Shown piece by piece: positions 27,172-37,113 of a stretch of DNA of 64,000 nucleotides. Below the pieces are notes generated by a model, which saw only the letters and a program-made list of their open reading frames with translations, ran no database searches and was not told the DNA's origin. The position numbers were made by a program, and so were the translations under genes. Source of the stretch: Myxococcota bacterium (GTDB lineage Bacteria; Myxococcota_A; SURF-8); the NCBI GenBank assembly GCA_965140415.1, contig OZ223209.1, forward strand, positions 5,344,001 through 5,408,000, in the 5' to 3' direction. Every line of letters begins with the position of its first letter. Within the stretch, counting starts at the first letter, position 1.

Positions 27172-30100
27172 TTATCGAACACATCGTACCTTGTACATGG
27201 TTGTTTTTGCGACGTAATTGACCGAGCCTTCATCGAATTGCACGCACCACGCTTGATCGCTATCACCCGCGTATTCGGTTCCGGTCCAGAAGTTTCCGCC
27301 TCGGGTCTCCGGGAAAACCCTGTCGTCGATGGCGGACTGGTACAGGCCGTAATCTACAAGACCTACCAACTCCATGCGCGACGGTAAGCGCCAGGCCGTG
27401 CTGCCGCCCAAAGACAATTCCTCGCAATACTGGACCGCATCCCCCCAGCTATGGCTTTCCTCCCAGAATCGCTGCCAGATCAGGCCGGTGACGTTGTCCA
27501 CCACCGTTCCATCCGCCGTAGGCGAATAACTGGGTTCGTTGCCCTGCACCTGGGCATCCTGGCCATAGAAGTCTTCGCCGGAAGACGGGCAGTCGATCTC
27601 GGCGGAGTTGTCATAACAGGTATGCTGCCCGGTATCCGGCAGAGTCCCGTCAGAACTCGTCAGGTGGCACTGGTAATCCTCACAGATGCGTGGAGGCGAG
27701 CAATAGCCGCATTCTCCTCCGCAGCCATCGTTCCCACAGTTCTTTCCCGTGCAGTCCGGGATGCATTCCATCGCGCCACGCACGCAGCGCACGGACATGT
27801 CGGTCGTCATGTCCGCATAACTGACCGAACCTTCGTTGAACTCGACGTACCAGGCCTTTGTTTCATCGCCCGCATAGTCGGTCGAGGTCCAGAACTGCCG
27901 CATACCCGTATCCGGGAAGGCGTAGTCGTCGATGGCGGGCTGGTAGCGACCGTAATCGACGATGGTAATCAATTCGTGACGGGTGGGCAGACGCATTCGC
28001 AAACCCCCGTCGCTCATTCCAGCGCAGTGCCTCACGGCATCTTCGCGGGTCATCAAGTCGTCGCTGACTCTCCGTTTCCAGGTCAGACCCGTAGCGACGT
28101 CGTAGACGGAATGCTCGCCCACGGTCAGATTCATGTCGATGCCGTGATATTGGGCGTCCTGGCCGAAGAAGTCCTCACCCTCGAACGGACAGAGCATCTG
28201 TTCGCTGTTGTCGTAGCACATATACTGCCCGGTATCCGGCCAGGGCCAGTGGCCGTATTCACCTTCCACGCAGTCGAAATCCGTCGTGCAGGTATCACCC
28301 TCCGAACAATACCCGCAATCACCGCCGCAACCGTCCGGACCGCAATCCATGCCGCTGCACTCCGGCAGGCAAGAGAAGAAGTCGTCCTTCACACATCGTA
28401 CGGCGTAACCGGAGGTGGCCGCCGCATAGCTGACCGCGCCTTCTGTGAAATCGACGGCCCAGTATTGGGTTTCATTTCCGGCGTACTGGGTCGACGTCCA
28501 AAAGTTGCGCGAACCGGTCTGCGGGAAGGCATAGTCGTTGATGGCGGGCATGTACCAGGAATAGTCGATGATCGTGATCAGCTCGATCCGGCTGGGCAAA
28601 CGCCACTGGCTGGAGCCGCCCAGAGACAGGCTGGCGCAGTACGCCTCGGCGCTGGTTTGATCCGCCGGATAAGCCCCGACCCGGCGCTGCCAGGTCAAAC
28701 CGGTGGCGTTGTCGTGAACCACGTCCTGCTGAATGGCGTAGTTCATGGGCACGCCGTGGTACTGGGCGTCCTGGCCGAAGAACTCCGTGTCTTCGTATGG
28801 GCACAGGATCTGGGCGCTATTGTCGTAGCACAGATATTGGCCCGTATCGACCCAGCCCCAGCGTCCGCGCTCGCCCGACACACACCAGCTGTAGGGACCG
28901 CAGGTCAGGCCGTCCGAGCAGTATCCACAGTCACCACCACAACCATCCGGACCGCAGGCGCGTCCCTGGCAGCTGGGTGTACAGGTACGGTCTCCACGCA
29001 CGCAACGGACAAAGTAGCCGGTAGTTTTGGTAACATAGCTTGCCGCGCCCTCGGTGAAATCAACGGCCCAAGCCTTGGTGTCGTCCCCGGCGTATTCCTC
29101 GCTAGCCCAGTAATAATCGGAATGGGCTTCGGGGAAGCGGCTGTCGTCAATGGCCGGTTCATACGTCCCGTAGTCCACGATCATCATCAGTTCTTTGCGG
29201 CTCGGCAAGCGCCAGTCGGAATAACCGCCGAGGGACAGACCGTCGCAGTAGCTGATAGCGCTGGCCCAGCCAGTAGCCGAGTTTTCGCCCTGCTGCCACA
29301 TCAGGCCGGTATCTTCGTGCGCGACCACGCCGCTTCCGCTGGAGGTGAAGGACATATAATTCTCGCCGTACTGGCTGTCCTGGCCGTAGAAGTCGTCTCC
29401 TTCGGAAGGGCAGGTCATCTCCGCTGAGTTGTCGTAGCAAAGCACCTGACCGGTATCCGGGAAACTCCAGTTGCCGCTACTGACTTCCACACAGTGGAAG
29501 GTTTCCAGATCGCAAACCAGCCCACCGCTGCACCCAGGCGAACAGGAGCCGCCGCAACCATCCGGGCCGCAGTCTTTGTTTGCGCAGTCAGGAACACAGA
29601 CATCGGAGTCGCCGTCCATATCCCCATCAGGGTCGATGTCTCCGTCGGGATCTATGTCACCATCCGGTGGGTCATCGGCGCAGTAGTACTGGATGGTGAG
29701 CGAGTAATCATTTCGAACGGCATGTACCGTACCTTCAACCTTCAGAATCGCTTTGGTCAACGTATTGAAGGTGTACTCAACCTGAGCAGCTTCGCTTTCC
29801 TCCGTGCCCTGATCCGAATCCAGTTCCGCGAGATTCTGACTATACAGGGTAAGTTTCAGGTTGCCATGCAGGCCCTCAAGCGAGAAGCCATAGTTGACAG
29901 TCGCCTGAAAATGGCATTCCGTTTCATACTGATCGCCCACTTGCAAGGAAAACCAGTCTTCATCACCCTGGCAGATCTCTAGGCTATTGAAATACGTCGT
30001 TGGGTCACTGATATATGAGTCTAAAACCGTAGCAGTGGAGGATTCATCATTGGGTTCCAACCGATCAGTACGACAAGGATCTACCATGTACTCGTCGGAG

Positions 30101-31752
30101 GATTCGAAGCCTCGAACAACGTCAACCATGTACGCAAATGTATAAAGGCTACCAGCAAACTCCAGTCCTAGGTCCATCCATTTTAGCGGTCCAATAACTT
30201 CCCTGAAAAGTTCCTGTGTCTGTTCTGCCGCGCGGTTCATAATAGTTTCAGGGCTTATGCGTAAACACCAACGGAGAGAATCCCAAAACGACTGGCTAGT
30301 TGCAATTCGCTCAGCTATATCCGCCAATTCGGAAAATACCAATTCGAGGTTCATATCAGAATTTGCGATGGCCGTAGCTAAATCTTCAAAAGATGTTGCA
30401 AAGAGATCCAATACAACATTCAATTGTGCTGCTTGATCCACGCTCATTCGTGACAACGCTTGCACGTTCAGCGCATCCGACACATCCAGAAAACTCTCTA
30501 CCACCGGCATTATCGCAACAGTGAGAACCGTCAGGGCTGTTGGAATGATATTGTCTGATTCCAGGTCCGTATTTCCCAGAGAAAATGAATTCAGGGTGGC
30601 GGCATTTTCAAATATGAAGGAGCGATCATCCAGCTCTTGATGTGTGCAGTCGAAATGATCGTAGTAAGACTCATCAAGGGATTCTCCCAGGCTATCCCAA
30701 AATGCCTGATCGTTTTCCCCGACAATGCTTTCCCAGCCCGATGAGCCGATACTGCCAATCAAATCGAGGAACATATCTCCAACGCCTGGTATCTCAATAT
30801 TTCGAGGACGAATTAGACCAACCCATTCTTCATTATTTTGACCAGCGTTGTGTTTGAACGTTACCCAGCGGGGTGCTGGATTCGTTACTCGATACGTTAC
30901 CTTATCTTTGACACTGTTGAAGTTGGATTCAACGAATACTGCATCCTCATTCTGCTTATCAATGTCATAGAATTCACTGTTGATCTGGTCGATTACCGGC
31001 CAATCGGCAGTGAAGCATGAATCCAGAGGAGCGCTTTTCATGTTTTTTCGGGAAGTCCTCTGAAGAGACGTAAAAACGGCAGAAACGCCGGAAAGCACAT
31101 CGGCATCGAGGTTATTCATTAGGGCTTGGTCATTGGTCAGTTTTGTTTCGATCAGCCTCGATAGTTCATCTACTTTCTCGTTTGATTTCATGGCTTCCAT
31201 GAAGGCAGCATCGAGGATGGTGTTCCCGGTAAGTACTCCCGGCATCATGAAAACCAACGCCAGAGCCGTGGTTTTAGGTGAGATCTCCGGGTTTTTCTGT
31301 ATCAGATCCGGGTGTTTGGGGAACATGCTGTACATGAACGGTTTGCTGTCCAGTTGGGCAGTAATCATACCCGTTGCATGGGTATTCATTCGGAGTTCAA
31401 AGGTGCCATCTGCGGCGGGAGTGGTTTCGTCGAGAGCGGTAACAACCTTAATGTCGGCCCAATTCACCTGAACGTTCTGCGGGAGTTGGATTCTGCCTTT
31501 GAAAATGGCCGAGTCGACAGTCATCCCGCCATGATCGACTTGCTTTTCATCCCGTGGCTCATCATTAGGGAGCCAGGAGCCATTGTCTTCGTCTCCATCG
31601 ACAGAATCATTGTCACCATCGACGACATGGTCTCCATCGATGACCGGCTGATCGCCGTCAGCGGGCTGTGACTCATTCTTTTCGCTGCTACAGGCGAGCA
31701 AGGTTAGAAGCACTGCTAAAATGAGGGTGATTCGGATGGGGTAAGGTTGCAT
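27172..31752 (-). CDS. Large lipoprotein with PPC-like domain and four tandem Cys-rich/DUF1566 modules
   Basis: LLAC lipobox, DRLEPND, and four copies of CGPDGCGG-PDTGQ..CYDN-GQDAQ-TGL.W-RLP...EL-VRCV. Confidence 0.88.
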   Translation of the reverse strand: MQPYPIRITLILAVLLTLLACSSEKNESQPADGDQPVIDGDHVVDGDNDSVDGDEDNGSWLPNDEPRDEKQVDHGGMTVDSAIFKGRIQLPQNVQVNWADIKVVTALDETTPAADGTFELRMNTHATGMITAQLDSKPFMYSMFPKHPDLIQKNPEISPKTTALALVFMMPGVLTGNTILDAAFMEAMKSNEKVDELSRLIETKLTNDQALMNNLDADVLSGVSAVFTSLQRTSRKNMKSAPLDSCFTADWPVIDQINSEFYDIDKQNEDAVFVESNFNSVKDKVTYRVTNPAPRWVTFKHNAGQNNEEWVGLIRPRNIEIPGVGDMFLDLIGSIGSSGWESIVGENDQAFWDSLGESLDESYYDHFDCTHQELDDRSFIFENAATLNSFSLGNTDLESDNIIPTALTVLTVAIMPVVESFLDVSDALNVQALSRMSVDQAAQLNVVLDLFATSFEDLATAIANSDMNLELVFSELADIAERIATSQSFWDSLRWCLRISPETIMNRAAEQTQELFREVIGPLKWMDLGLEFAGSLYTFAYMVDVVRGFESSDEYMVDPCRTDRLEPNDESSTATVLDSYISDPTTYFNSLEICQGDEDWFSLQVGDQYETECHFQATVNYGFSLEGLHGNLKLTLYSQNLAELDSDQGTEESEAAQVEYTFNTLTKAILKVEGTVHAVRNDYSLTIQYYCADDPPDGDIDPDGDIDPDGDMDGDSDVCVPDCANKDCGPDGCGGSCSPGCSGGLVCDLETFHCVEVSSGNWSFPDTGQVLCYDNSAEMTCPSEGDDFYGQDSQYGENYMSFTSSGSGVVAHEDTGLMWQQGENSATGWASAISYCDGLSLGGYSDWRLPSRKELMMIVDYGTYEPAIDDSRFPEAHSDYYWASEEYAGDDTKAWAVDFTEGAASYVTKTTGYFVRCVRGDRTCTPSCQGRACGPDGCGGDCGYCSDGLTCGPYSWCVSGERGRWGWVDTGQYLCYDNSAQILCPYEDTEFFGQDAQYHGVPMNYAIQQDVVHDNATGLTWQRRVGAYPADQTSAEAYCASLSLGGSSQWRLPSRIELITIIDYSWYMPAINDYAFPQTGSRNFWTSTQYAGNETQYWAVDFTEGAVSYAAATSGYAVRCVKDDFFSCLPECSGMDCGPDGCGGDCGYCSEGDTCTTDFDCVEGEYGHWPWPDTGQYMCYDNSEQMLCPFEGEDFFGQDAQYHGIDMNLTVGEHSVYDVATGLTWKRRVSDDLMTREDAVRHCAGMSDGGLRMRLPTRHELITIVDYGRYQPAIDDYAFPDTGMRQFWTSTDYAGDETKAWYVEFNEGSVSYADMTTDMSVRCVRGAMECIPDCTGKNCGNDGCGGECGYCSPPRICEDYQCHLTSSDGTLPDTGQHTCYDNSAEIDCPSSGEDFYGQDAQVQGNEPSYSPTADGTVVDNVTGLIWQRFWEESHSWGDAVQYCEELSLGGSTAWRLPSRMELVGLVDYGLYQSAIDDRVFPETRGGNFWTGTEYAGDSDQAWCVQFDEGSVNYVAKTTMYKVRCVR

Positions 31753-31821
31753 CGCGTTTCCTTGTTTTTCGGAACTTCCGAAAGTCGTAAATACTGATAT
31801 TCAGCCGCTATGGACCGGGAT

Positions 31822-34800
31822 TCATGGCCCGCCCCGGACACATCGATACAATTGAAGATCATTTTTGGGATGAATGCTGACATATCCCCAAAGGAAAAAG
31901 ACAGCCCAAGCTTGGGATTTATCATTCACATACGATGTTGAAGTCCACAAGATGCCTACAAGACCAGGCATGTCGGTTGAAGGATCGTATTCCTGGTAAT
32001 CTACAAGTGTGGAAAGTTCAAATTTCGTTGGCAGTCTCCAATCTGTATAGCCTGCATAGTCGAGATCCTCACATCCCTGAAGTGCTTGTTTCCATGATCC
32101 TGTCAGACTTTGCCTATGCCACGTCAAATCGGTTACTTTGTCCAAAGTTATCAGATCCCCATCGACATCTGTATGAACGAACCTGTCGCCGCTCGCGTTT
32201 GTTGCCACATGCCGGGTTCTCACAGCGCAACGAACTAAGCCTATTCCATTAGCTTTGCTACTAACTCCAGAATCAAAGTTAACCTGCCAAAAGCTATTTT
32301 CCGTCCCAGATGCATCCACGGTCGCTGTTTGATAATCGGAAGATTCTGTACCCGGGAAAAGTGAAGAATCAAATGCTTGACTGTTTTTTGCATCTGTTAT
32401 AGATAACAATTCATGAACCGTTGGCAACGCCCAATCTTGATATCCGCCGTAATCCAGTCCATTACAATAATCGACGGCTTCATCCGTTTCGCATCTTGAC
32501 CCACAAGTTGGACATCCGCCACTGCATCCGCTGTATATATCGGGTGTCCATCTCTGCCAAATCAAACCAGTCAATGTGTCGTATACCATTTCGCCCTCAC
32601 TGGCAGTGATTCGATCCGTACAGTCGAAGTCGCCATTTGTATCAAAACAACGGAAATAGCGTGCACGATCTGGATATTGTGCATCCTGTCCATAATAATC
32701 CTCACCCTCAGCCGGACAGGAGATAGATGTTACATTATCGTAACACGCCGTCTGTCCAGTCGGCGGCACGGGCCAGCATTGGTTGGTGTCGCAAAAGCCT
32801 TCCGGCGGCAGGAAGCAATTCGGATATTCGCCCAAGGCCCCCTCCGCGCACAGATTACACCAATACCCATCGAACTCCGGGTCGCATTCGCAACTGGGGC
32901 GCGTTTCACCTTCGCCGGGTTCGGTGCAGGTGCCGTGGTCGTTGCAGGGATCGGGGGCGCAGGAGGTTACGGGCAGCGTGCGGACGAGGCGGAAGCCAGC
33001 TCCGTTGCTGTGATTACCGGGTGCATAGTTCAAACGTCCTGCGGATCGGCAGATTAAGGCTCCATTACTGAAGTAGCAATTTCTTGCTGCGCGATCCGAA
33101 CCAGGAGCGGACGGACCAGCAGGATCAGTGCCCACATCACTTTCATAGGCGGTTTGATAGTAATCCCACACCCACTTCATGAGATTCCCACTCATGTCGT
33201 ATAAGCTCCAAGCATTCGCTTCCAACTCACCAACCGGATGTGTGCTAATACCTGAATTCTCCGAATACCAACCAATCTGGTTCAAGTTTGGATCTTCACC
33301 AGTCGGACTCGTAATCGTCCCATCATTCTCCTCACTCGGATAGAACGCCGTGTTGCTTCCGGCGCGGGCGGCGTACTCCCATTCGGCTTCGGTAGGTAGG
33401 CGGTAGCCATCGCAGTCCTGGGGTTTGTCCGCGTTGTTCAAGGCGACGGTCGCCGTGTCGATGCCTCCTCGGGTGGTGTTCATGCAGGTCATCGCATTGG
33501 TTCCGGCACTGGCGCCATCCTCGCATTGGATGTCTGTCAAAAGGTAACAGGGTGAAAGTCCGGCTTCGGAGCTCTTTGCATTGGCGTAGGCCAAAGCGTC
33601 GTACCAGGAAACGTTTTCCACCGGACAGTTCGAGCCACAATCTGCACCCGCGCCTTCTGGCCCAAAGTATGACGGATTCCAGCTAATCAGGCTCTCGAAC
33701 CTGTATTGCGTCGTCTCATACCGGCTCATTTCGAAGGGATAGGTCAATTCGACGAAGTGCAGGGTTTCGTCATCGTCTCGCCCCAATTCCGCCGAGCAAT
33801 CACCAGGATAGCCATCCGGGCCGGGGCAACCATCCGGACTGCCCATCCAGAAAGAACCCGCCGGGATCGACACGAAGTTTTCAGTGATGCAATTTCCACT
33901 CGCTTCTTCGCAGGTGTCATTACCGGAACATGAACAACTATAACAACCCGATGGTGAATCCCCGCAACGCCTCGGCTCGCAGTCATTGGGAATCGGTTCG
34001 GCGATGCACGCGCCCGAACCATCGCAGAAATCTTCTGTACATGGATCGGAGTCGTATTCGCAACTTTCGCCATTCTCGATATGATTCTCCAAACATACAC
34101 CCGAACCATTACAGGTGTCCTGATTCGAGCAAGCACTGGGACCACTCCCGCAGGTCATCCCTTCCGGGTCGAAGCAGGACTCGGCGTCCTCCTGGCAGGT
34201 GTTGCACTCGGTTTCCGGGCAGGGATTGCCATCGCTGATGCATTCGCCCGCCCCGTTGCAGGCATCGTCGCCGTTGCAGAAGACGCCATCGTCGCAGTCG
34301 TAGCCGGAGCCGCGCCAGGTCCAGATGTCGGTGGCGACGCCGGTGTCGCAGTAGTGGCACCGGTTGTCGGACTGCTCCTGGTTGTGCTGGTAGCAGGCAT
34401 TGTCGATCAGGCAGCGCCCCTGCTTTAAAGTATGGTTGCACTGGCCGTTGGCTGCGCAGAGATCGTCGGTGCAGGTCAGGTCATCATCGGTGCAGGTCTC
34501 GCTTTCATGCGCGGCAAGATTGTGCTTGCAGGTGCGATCCGTATCGCAGAAGGGTTCGGAGCATTCCAGGCCATCGTCGGTAAGGTCGGTGCAACCCGCA
34601 GCCGTCGTGCAATCCCTGCAAAAGCCACCGCCGTCGCATTGGTCGGTGCCGTCTCCCGTTCCTAAAACCTGGCAGGCAGTGTTGGCCGCATAGTCATTGA
34701 ACGCGCAGACGCCATTCTGACACTGCATTTCCGTGCATTCGCCATCGCGGCCATTCCAGGACATGTCGCTGCAACCATTGACGTTCACACAGTCTTTACA

Positions 34801-35754
34801 ATAACCACTGCCATCGCATTGATCGGAATTGTCGCCCGTGCCATCCGATTGGCAAGCGGTATTGGCTGCAAGGTTGTTGAGCGAGCAGGTGTTGTTCAGG
34901 CATTGTACATGAGCACATTCGTCGTCGTGTTCTCCCCAAGCCAGATCCGTACAACCATCGGCGTTGTAACAATCAACACAAGCACCAGCCACGCATTGAT
35001 CATCTGTGTTGCAAGTCGTCCCGTCCATAGCCACATGGCAGCCGTCCGGGCAGCAGGTTGAAACACCTGAACAAGCGCATTCCTGGTCCGATTCGTCATC
35101 CCCATCCACGGCTTCGTCATCGGTTTCGCCGTCGCCATCGGGAAGATCGGGGTCGTGATCGCCGTCAGGTTGGTCGGTGTCACCATCGGTGGGAGTGTCT
35201 TTATCAATATCCCCGTCGGGCGTGTCACCGTCAATCGGTGTGTCGCCGTCAGTGGGTGTGTCACCGTCGGTGGGTGTGTCGCCGTCGGTGGGTGTATCTC
35301 CATCAATGGGCGTATCACCGTCAATCGGTGTATCGCCGTCAGTGGGTGTGTCACCGTCGGTGGGTGTGTCGCCGTCCGTGAGTGTGTCACCGTCGGTGGG
35401 TGTGTCGCCGTCGGTGGGTGTATCTCCATCAATGGGCGTATCTCCATCAGGCAGGTCGCTGTCGCCATCGGGAGTATCACCGTCTATGATATCTCCATCG
35501 TTGACGTCACCGTCCGTGATATCTCCATCAGTGGGGTTATCGCCATCGCCGGATGCATCTGTGTCTCCATCCGAACTGCAGGAGGTCTGGCAAACACCAT
35601 TGCAGCAGGTCAGCCCGCTATCGCAGGTGCCGTCACCAAAACAGGGCTCCCCCTGACCGCCGTGCGTATCGAAAAAGACACCACAGCCTGAAAGCGAGGC
35701 CAACGACATCCAGAGAAACGCTGCAAATAGAATCGTACTGAATATTCTTGTCAT
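31822..35754 (-). CDS. Lipoprotein: DGD repeats, Cys-rich region, FGE-sulfatase (SUMF1) domain, EGF, two DUF1566
   Basis: LSGC lipobox, FWMGS, RLPTEAEWEYAAR, LYDMSGN, GFRLVR, two TGL.W/LPT..EL modules. Confidence 0.88.
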   Translation of the reverse strand: MTRIFSTILFAAFLWMSLASLSGCGVFFDTHGGQGEPCFGDGTCDSGLTCCNGVCQTSCSSDGDTDASGDGDNPTDGDITDGDVNDGDIIDGDTPDGDSDLPDGDTPIDGDTPTDGDTPTDGDTLTDGDTPTDGDTPTDGDTPIDGDTPIDGDTPTDGDTPTDGDTPTDGDTPIDGDTPDGDIDKDTPTDGDTDQPDGDHDPDLPDGDGETDDEAVDGDDESDQECACSGVSTCCPDGCHVAMDGTTCNTDDQCVAGACVDCYNADGCTDLAWGEHDDECAHVQCLNNTCSLNNLAANTACQSDGTGDNSDQCDGSGYCKDCVNVNGCSDMSWNGRDGECTEMQCQNGVCAFNDYAANTACQVLGTGDGTDQCDGGGFCRDCTTAAGCTDLTDDGLECSEPFCDTDRTCKHNLAAHESETCTDDDLTCTDDLCAANGQCNHTLKQGRCLIDNACYQHNQEQSDNRCHYCDTGVATDIWTWRGSGYDCDDGVFCNGDDACNGAGECISDGNPCPETECNTCQEDAESCFDPEGMTCGSGPSACSNQDTCNGSGVCLENHIENGESCEYDSDPCTEDFCDGSGACIAEPIPNDCEPRRCGDSPSGCYSCSCSGNDTCEEASGNCITENFVSIPAGSFWMGSPDGCPGPDGYPGDCSAELGRDDDETLHFVELTYPFEMSRYETTQYRFESLISWNPSYFGPEGAGADCGSNCPVENVSWYDALAYANAKSSEAGLSPCYLLTDIQCEDGASAGTNAMTCMNTTRGGIDTATVALNNADKPQDCDGYRLPTEAEWEYAARAGSNTAFYPSEENDGTITSPTGEDPNLNQIGWYSENSGISTHPVGELEANAWSLYDMSGNLMKWVWDYYQTAYESDVGTDPAGPSAPGSDRAARNCYFSNGALICRSAGRLNYAPGNHSNGAGFRLVRTLPVTSCAPDPCNDHGTCTEPGEGETRPSCECDPEFDGYWCNLCAEGALGEYPNCFLPPEGFCDTNQCWPVPPTGQTACYDNVTSISCPAEGEDYYGQDAQYPDRARYFRCFDTNGDFDCTDRITASEGEMVYDTLTGLIWQRWTPDIYSGCSGGCPTCGSRCETDEAVDYCNGLDYGGYQDWALPTVHELLSITDAKNSQAFDSSLFPGTESSDYQTATVDASGTENSFWQVNFDSGVSSKANGIGLVRCAVRTRHVATNASGDRFVHTDVDGDLITLDKVTDLTWHRQSLTGSWKQALQGCEDLDYAGYTDWRLPTKFELSTLVDYQEYDPSTDMPGLVGILWTSTSYVNDKSQAWAVFFLWGYVSIHPKNDLQLYRCVRGGP
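35218..35448 (-). repeat. 18-bp coding tandem repeat (DGDTP[T/I]), about 13 copies
   Basis: Visible directly in the DNA and in the translated protein. Confidence 0.9.
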
Positions 35755-35768
35755 CTATACCGCCCCAA

Positions 35769-36638
35769 TCACCACGAGAAGCTAACTGTTGCACCGACGT
35801 TCGTACTATCCAGCATCGGTGCGACCGACACCTGCTGTCGCTCTGCCCAGGCTTTGTCGCCTGGTGAAAGCGCCCACAGCACCACACCAGTGATCATCGC
35901 CGCGCCGCCCACTGCAAACGAGGCATACATCGCGCCTTCCCAACCCTTGCTGGCGCTGTTGGCGGATCGATCTCCGGCTTCGTAGTCGCCGCCCTTGGCG
36001 CTTGCCTGCCAGGCCGCAATGCCACCGAAGGCGGAGAGTCCCACCCCGGTAAAGAAGGTCACATAACCATATTTCTTGTAAGGATTCATCGGGTAGGCTT
36101 GTTCCACACCCGTTGTTCCGGTCTTCGAGGCAACACCGGCTGACGAGCGCGGTTCTTTTCCAAACAGTTCCGCCATCGCATCGGGTAGAACGCGAAGAAG
36201 AGCATTGATGTCGCCTTCCACGTTGCGGCTGGCACGCTTGATCACTTCGGCGTTGCGCACGTGGATTCGCTTCAAGTTCAAAAACCAGAAGTCTCCTACG
36301 CGCCCCAGGTCTCCGGCCACGGTTTCTGGAACACCAAGGGCCGCGCCGATTTCCGCCACGCAAGAGGTGTCATCAGCCCCGCATTGCTGGCGCGTTTCCT
36401 CGCCCTTCAATATGGTCTTGATATCCGATTCCGAGATCACCTTGCGGCCAGAGAGCCGCTCCGTCTCGGCGGCCACAAACCCGGAGATCGAGTCGATCTC
36501 CTGATCCGTCACACCCTGTTTCTTCTCCAGTCGCCAGACTACGATGCCCTGCGAGGCGTCTTTTGCGAACAGTGGATTCGCAAAAACACAAAGGGCCGTC
36601 AAGGCCGCCAACAACAGTATGCCGATTCGTGAAATCAT
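35769..36638 (-). CDS. Secreted/outer-membrane protein with CsgG/TolB-N-like N-terminal domain and two hydrophobic helices
   Basis: Signal peptide, C....SC.AEIGAALG motif, two TM-like helices, terminal ATVSFSW. Confidence 0.6.
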   Translation of the reverse strand: MISRIGILLLAALTALCVFANPLFAKDASQGIVVWRLEKKQGVTDQEIDSISGFVAAETERLSGRKVISESDIKTILKGEETRQQCGADDTSCVAEIGAALGVPETVAGDLGRVGDFWFLNLKRIHVRNAEVIKRASRNVEGDINALLRVLPDAMAELFGKEPRSSAGVASKTGTTGVEQAYPMNPYKKYGYVTFFTGVGLSAFGGIAAWQASAKGGDYEAGDRSANSASKGWEGAMYASFAVGGAAMITGVVLWALSPGDKAWAERQQVSVAPMLDSTNVGATVSFSW

Positions 36639-36848
36639 TAAGAATATCCCTTAATATGCAGCTATCCCCACAAACCTGGGACAAGTGATGTTTAAAAATG
36701 CCGAGGATGAAATATATCATTAATGTCCGATTTCGCAACAACTATCACGGACTTACCTGAATGTAAAAGGAGAGGAAAGGTCCTCACCCGCGATACAATC
36801 GGAGAATCCAATCACGGAATTGCAACGTTGTTCCCACCAAAATCCAAC

Positions 36849-36918
36849 CATTCCCCCAGCACCTCCAGCACCGACCAGGGATCCACCGCCCGGCCATCGC
36901 CTCCGAGGACGCCGTCAA
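36849..36918 (-). repeat. Displaced copy of the JAB gene 3' end (direct repeat with 53503-53572)
   Basis: 63/70 nt identical by manual alignment. Encodes VLGGDGRAVDPWSVLEVLGE versus VLGGDGRAIDPWSVLQVLGE. Confidence 0.9.
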
Positions 36919-37113
36919 TGAAATCAACGACACAGTTGTGTGCCAGAATATGTCCTATACCTTTCCGCCTGACACAACAGTAAGCTAACCGGATAATAAA
37001 GCACAAGTATTCTCTTGATTATTCCTAACACATTGAGGTACCTTTGATGAGCTTCAACAGAGAAATATTCATCGTATGTAGTTCAATTTCTGACTCCGGA
37101 ATTGGAGGACTGA

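Noticed and set aside
27451-29427. 658-aa plus-strand ORF and similar long antisense ORFs (53661-54725, 56155-57000, 62263-63207)
   Set aside because: These are shadow frames of GC-rich genes that have clear motifs on the opposite strand.
35218-35448. Regular short repeats resembling a CRISPR array
   Set aside because: They are contiguous in-frame 18-bp coding repeats (DGDTPT) without unique spacers, and there are no cas genes.
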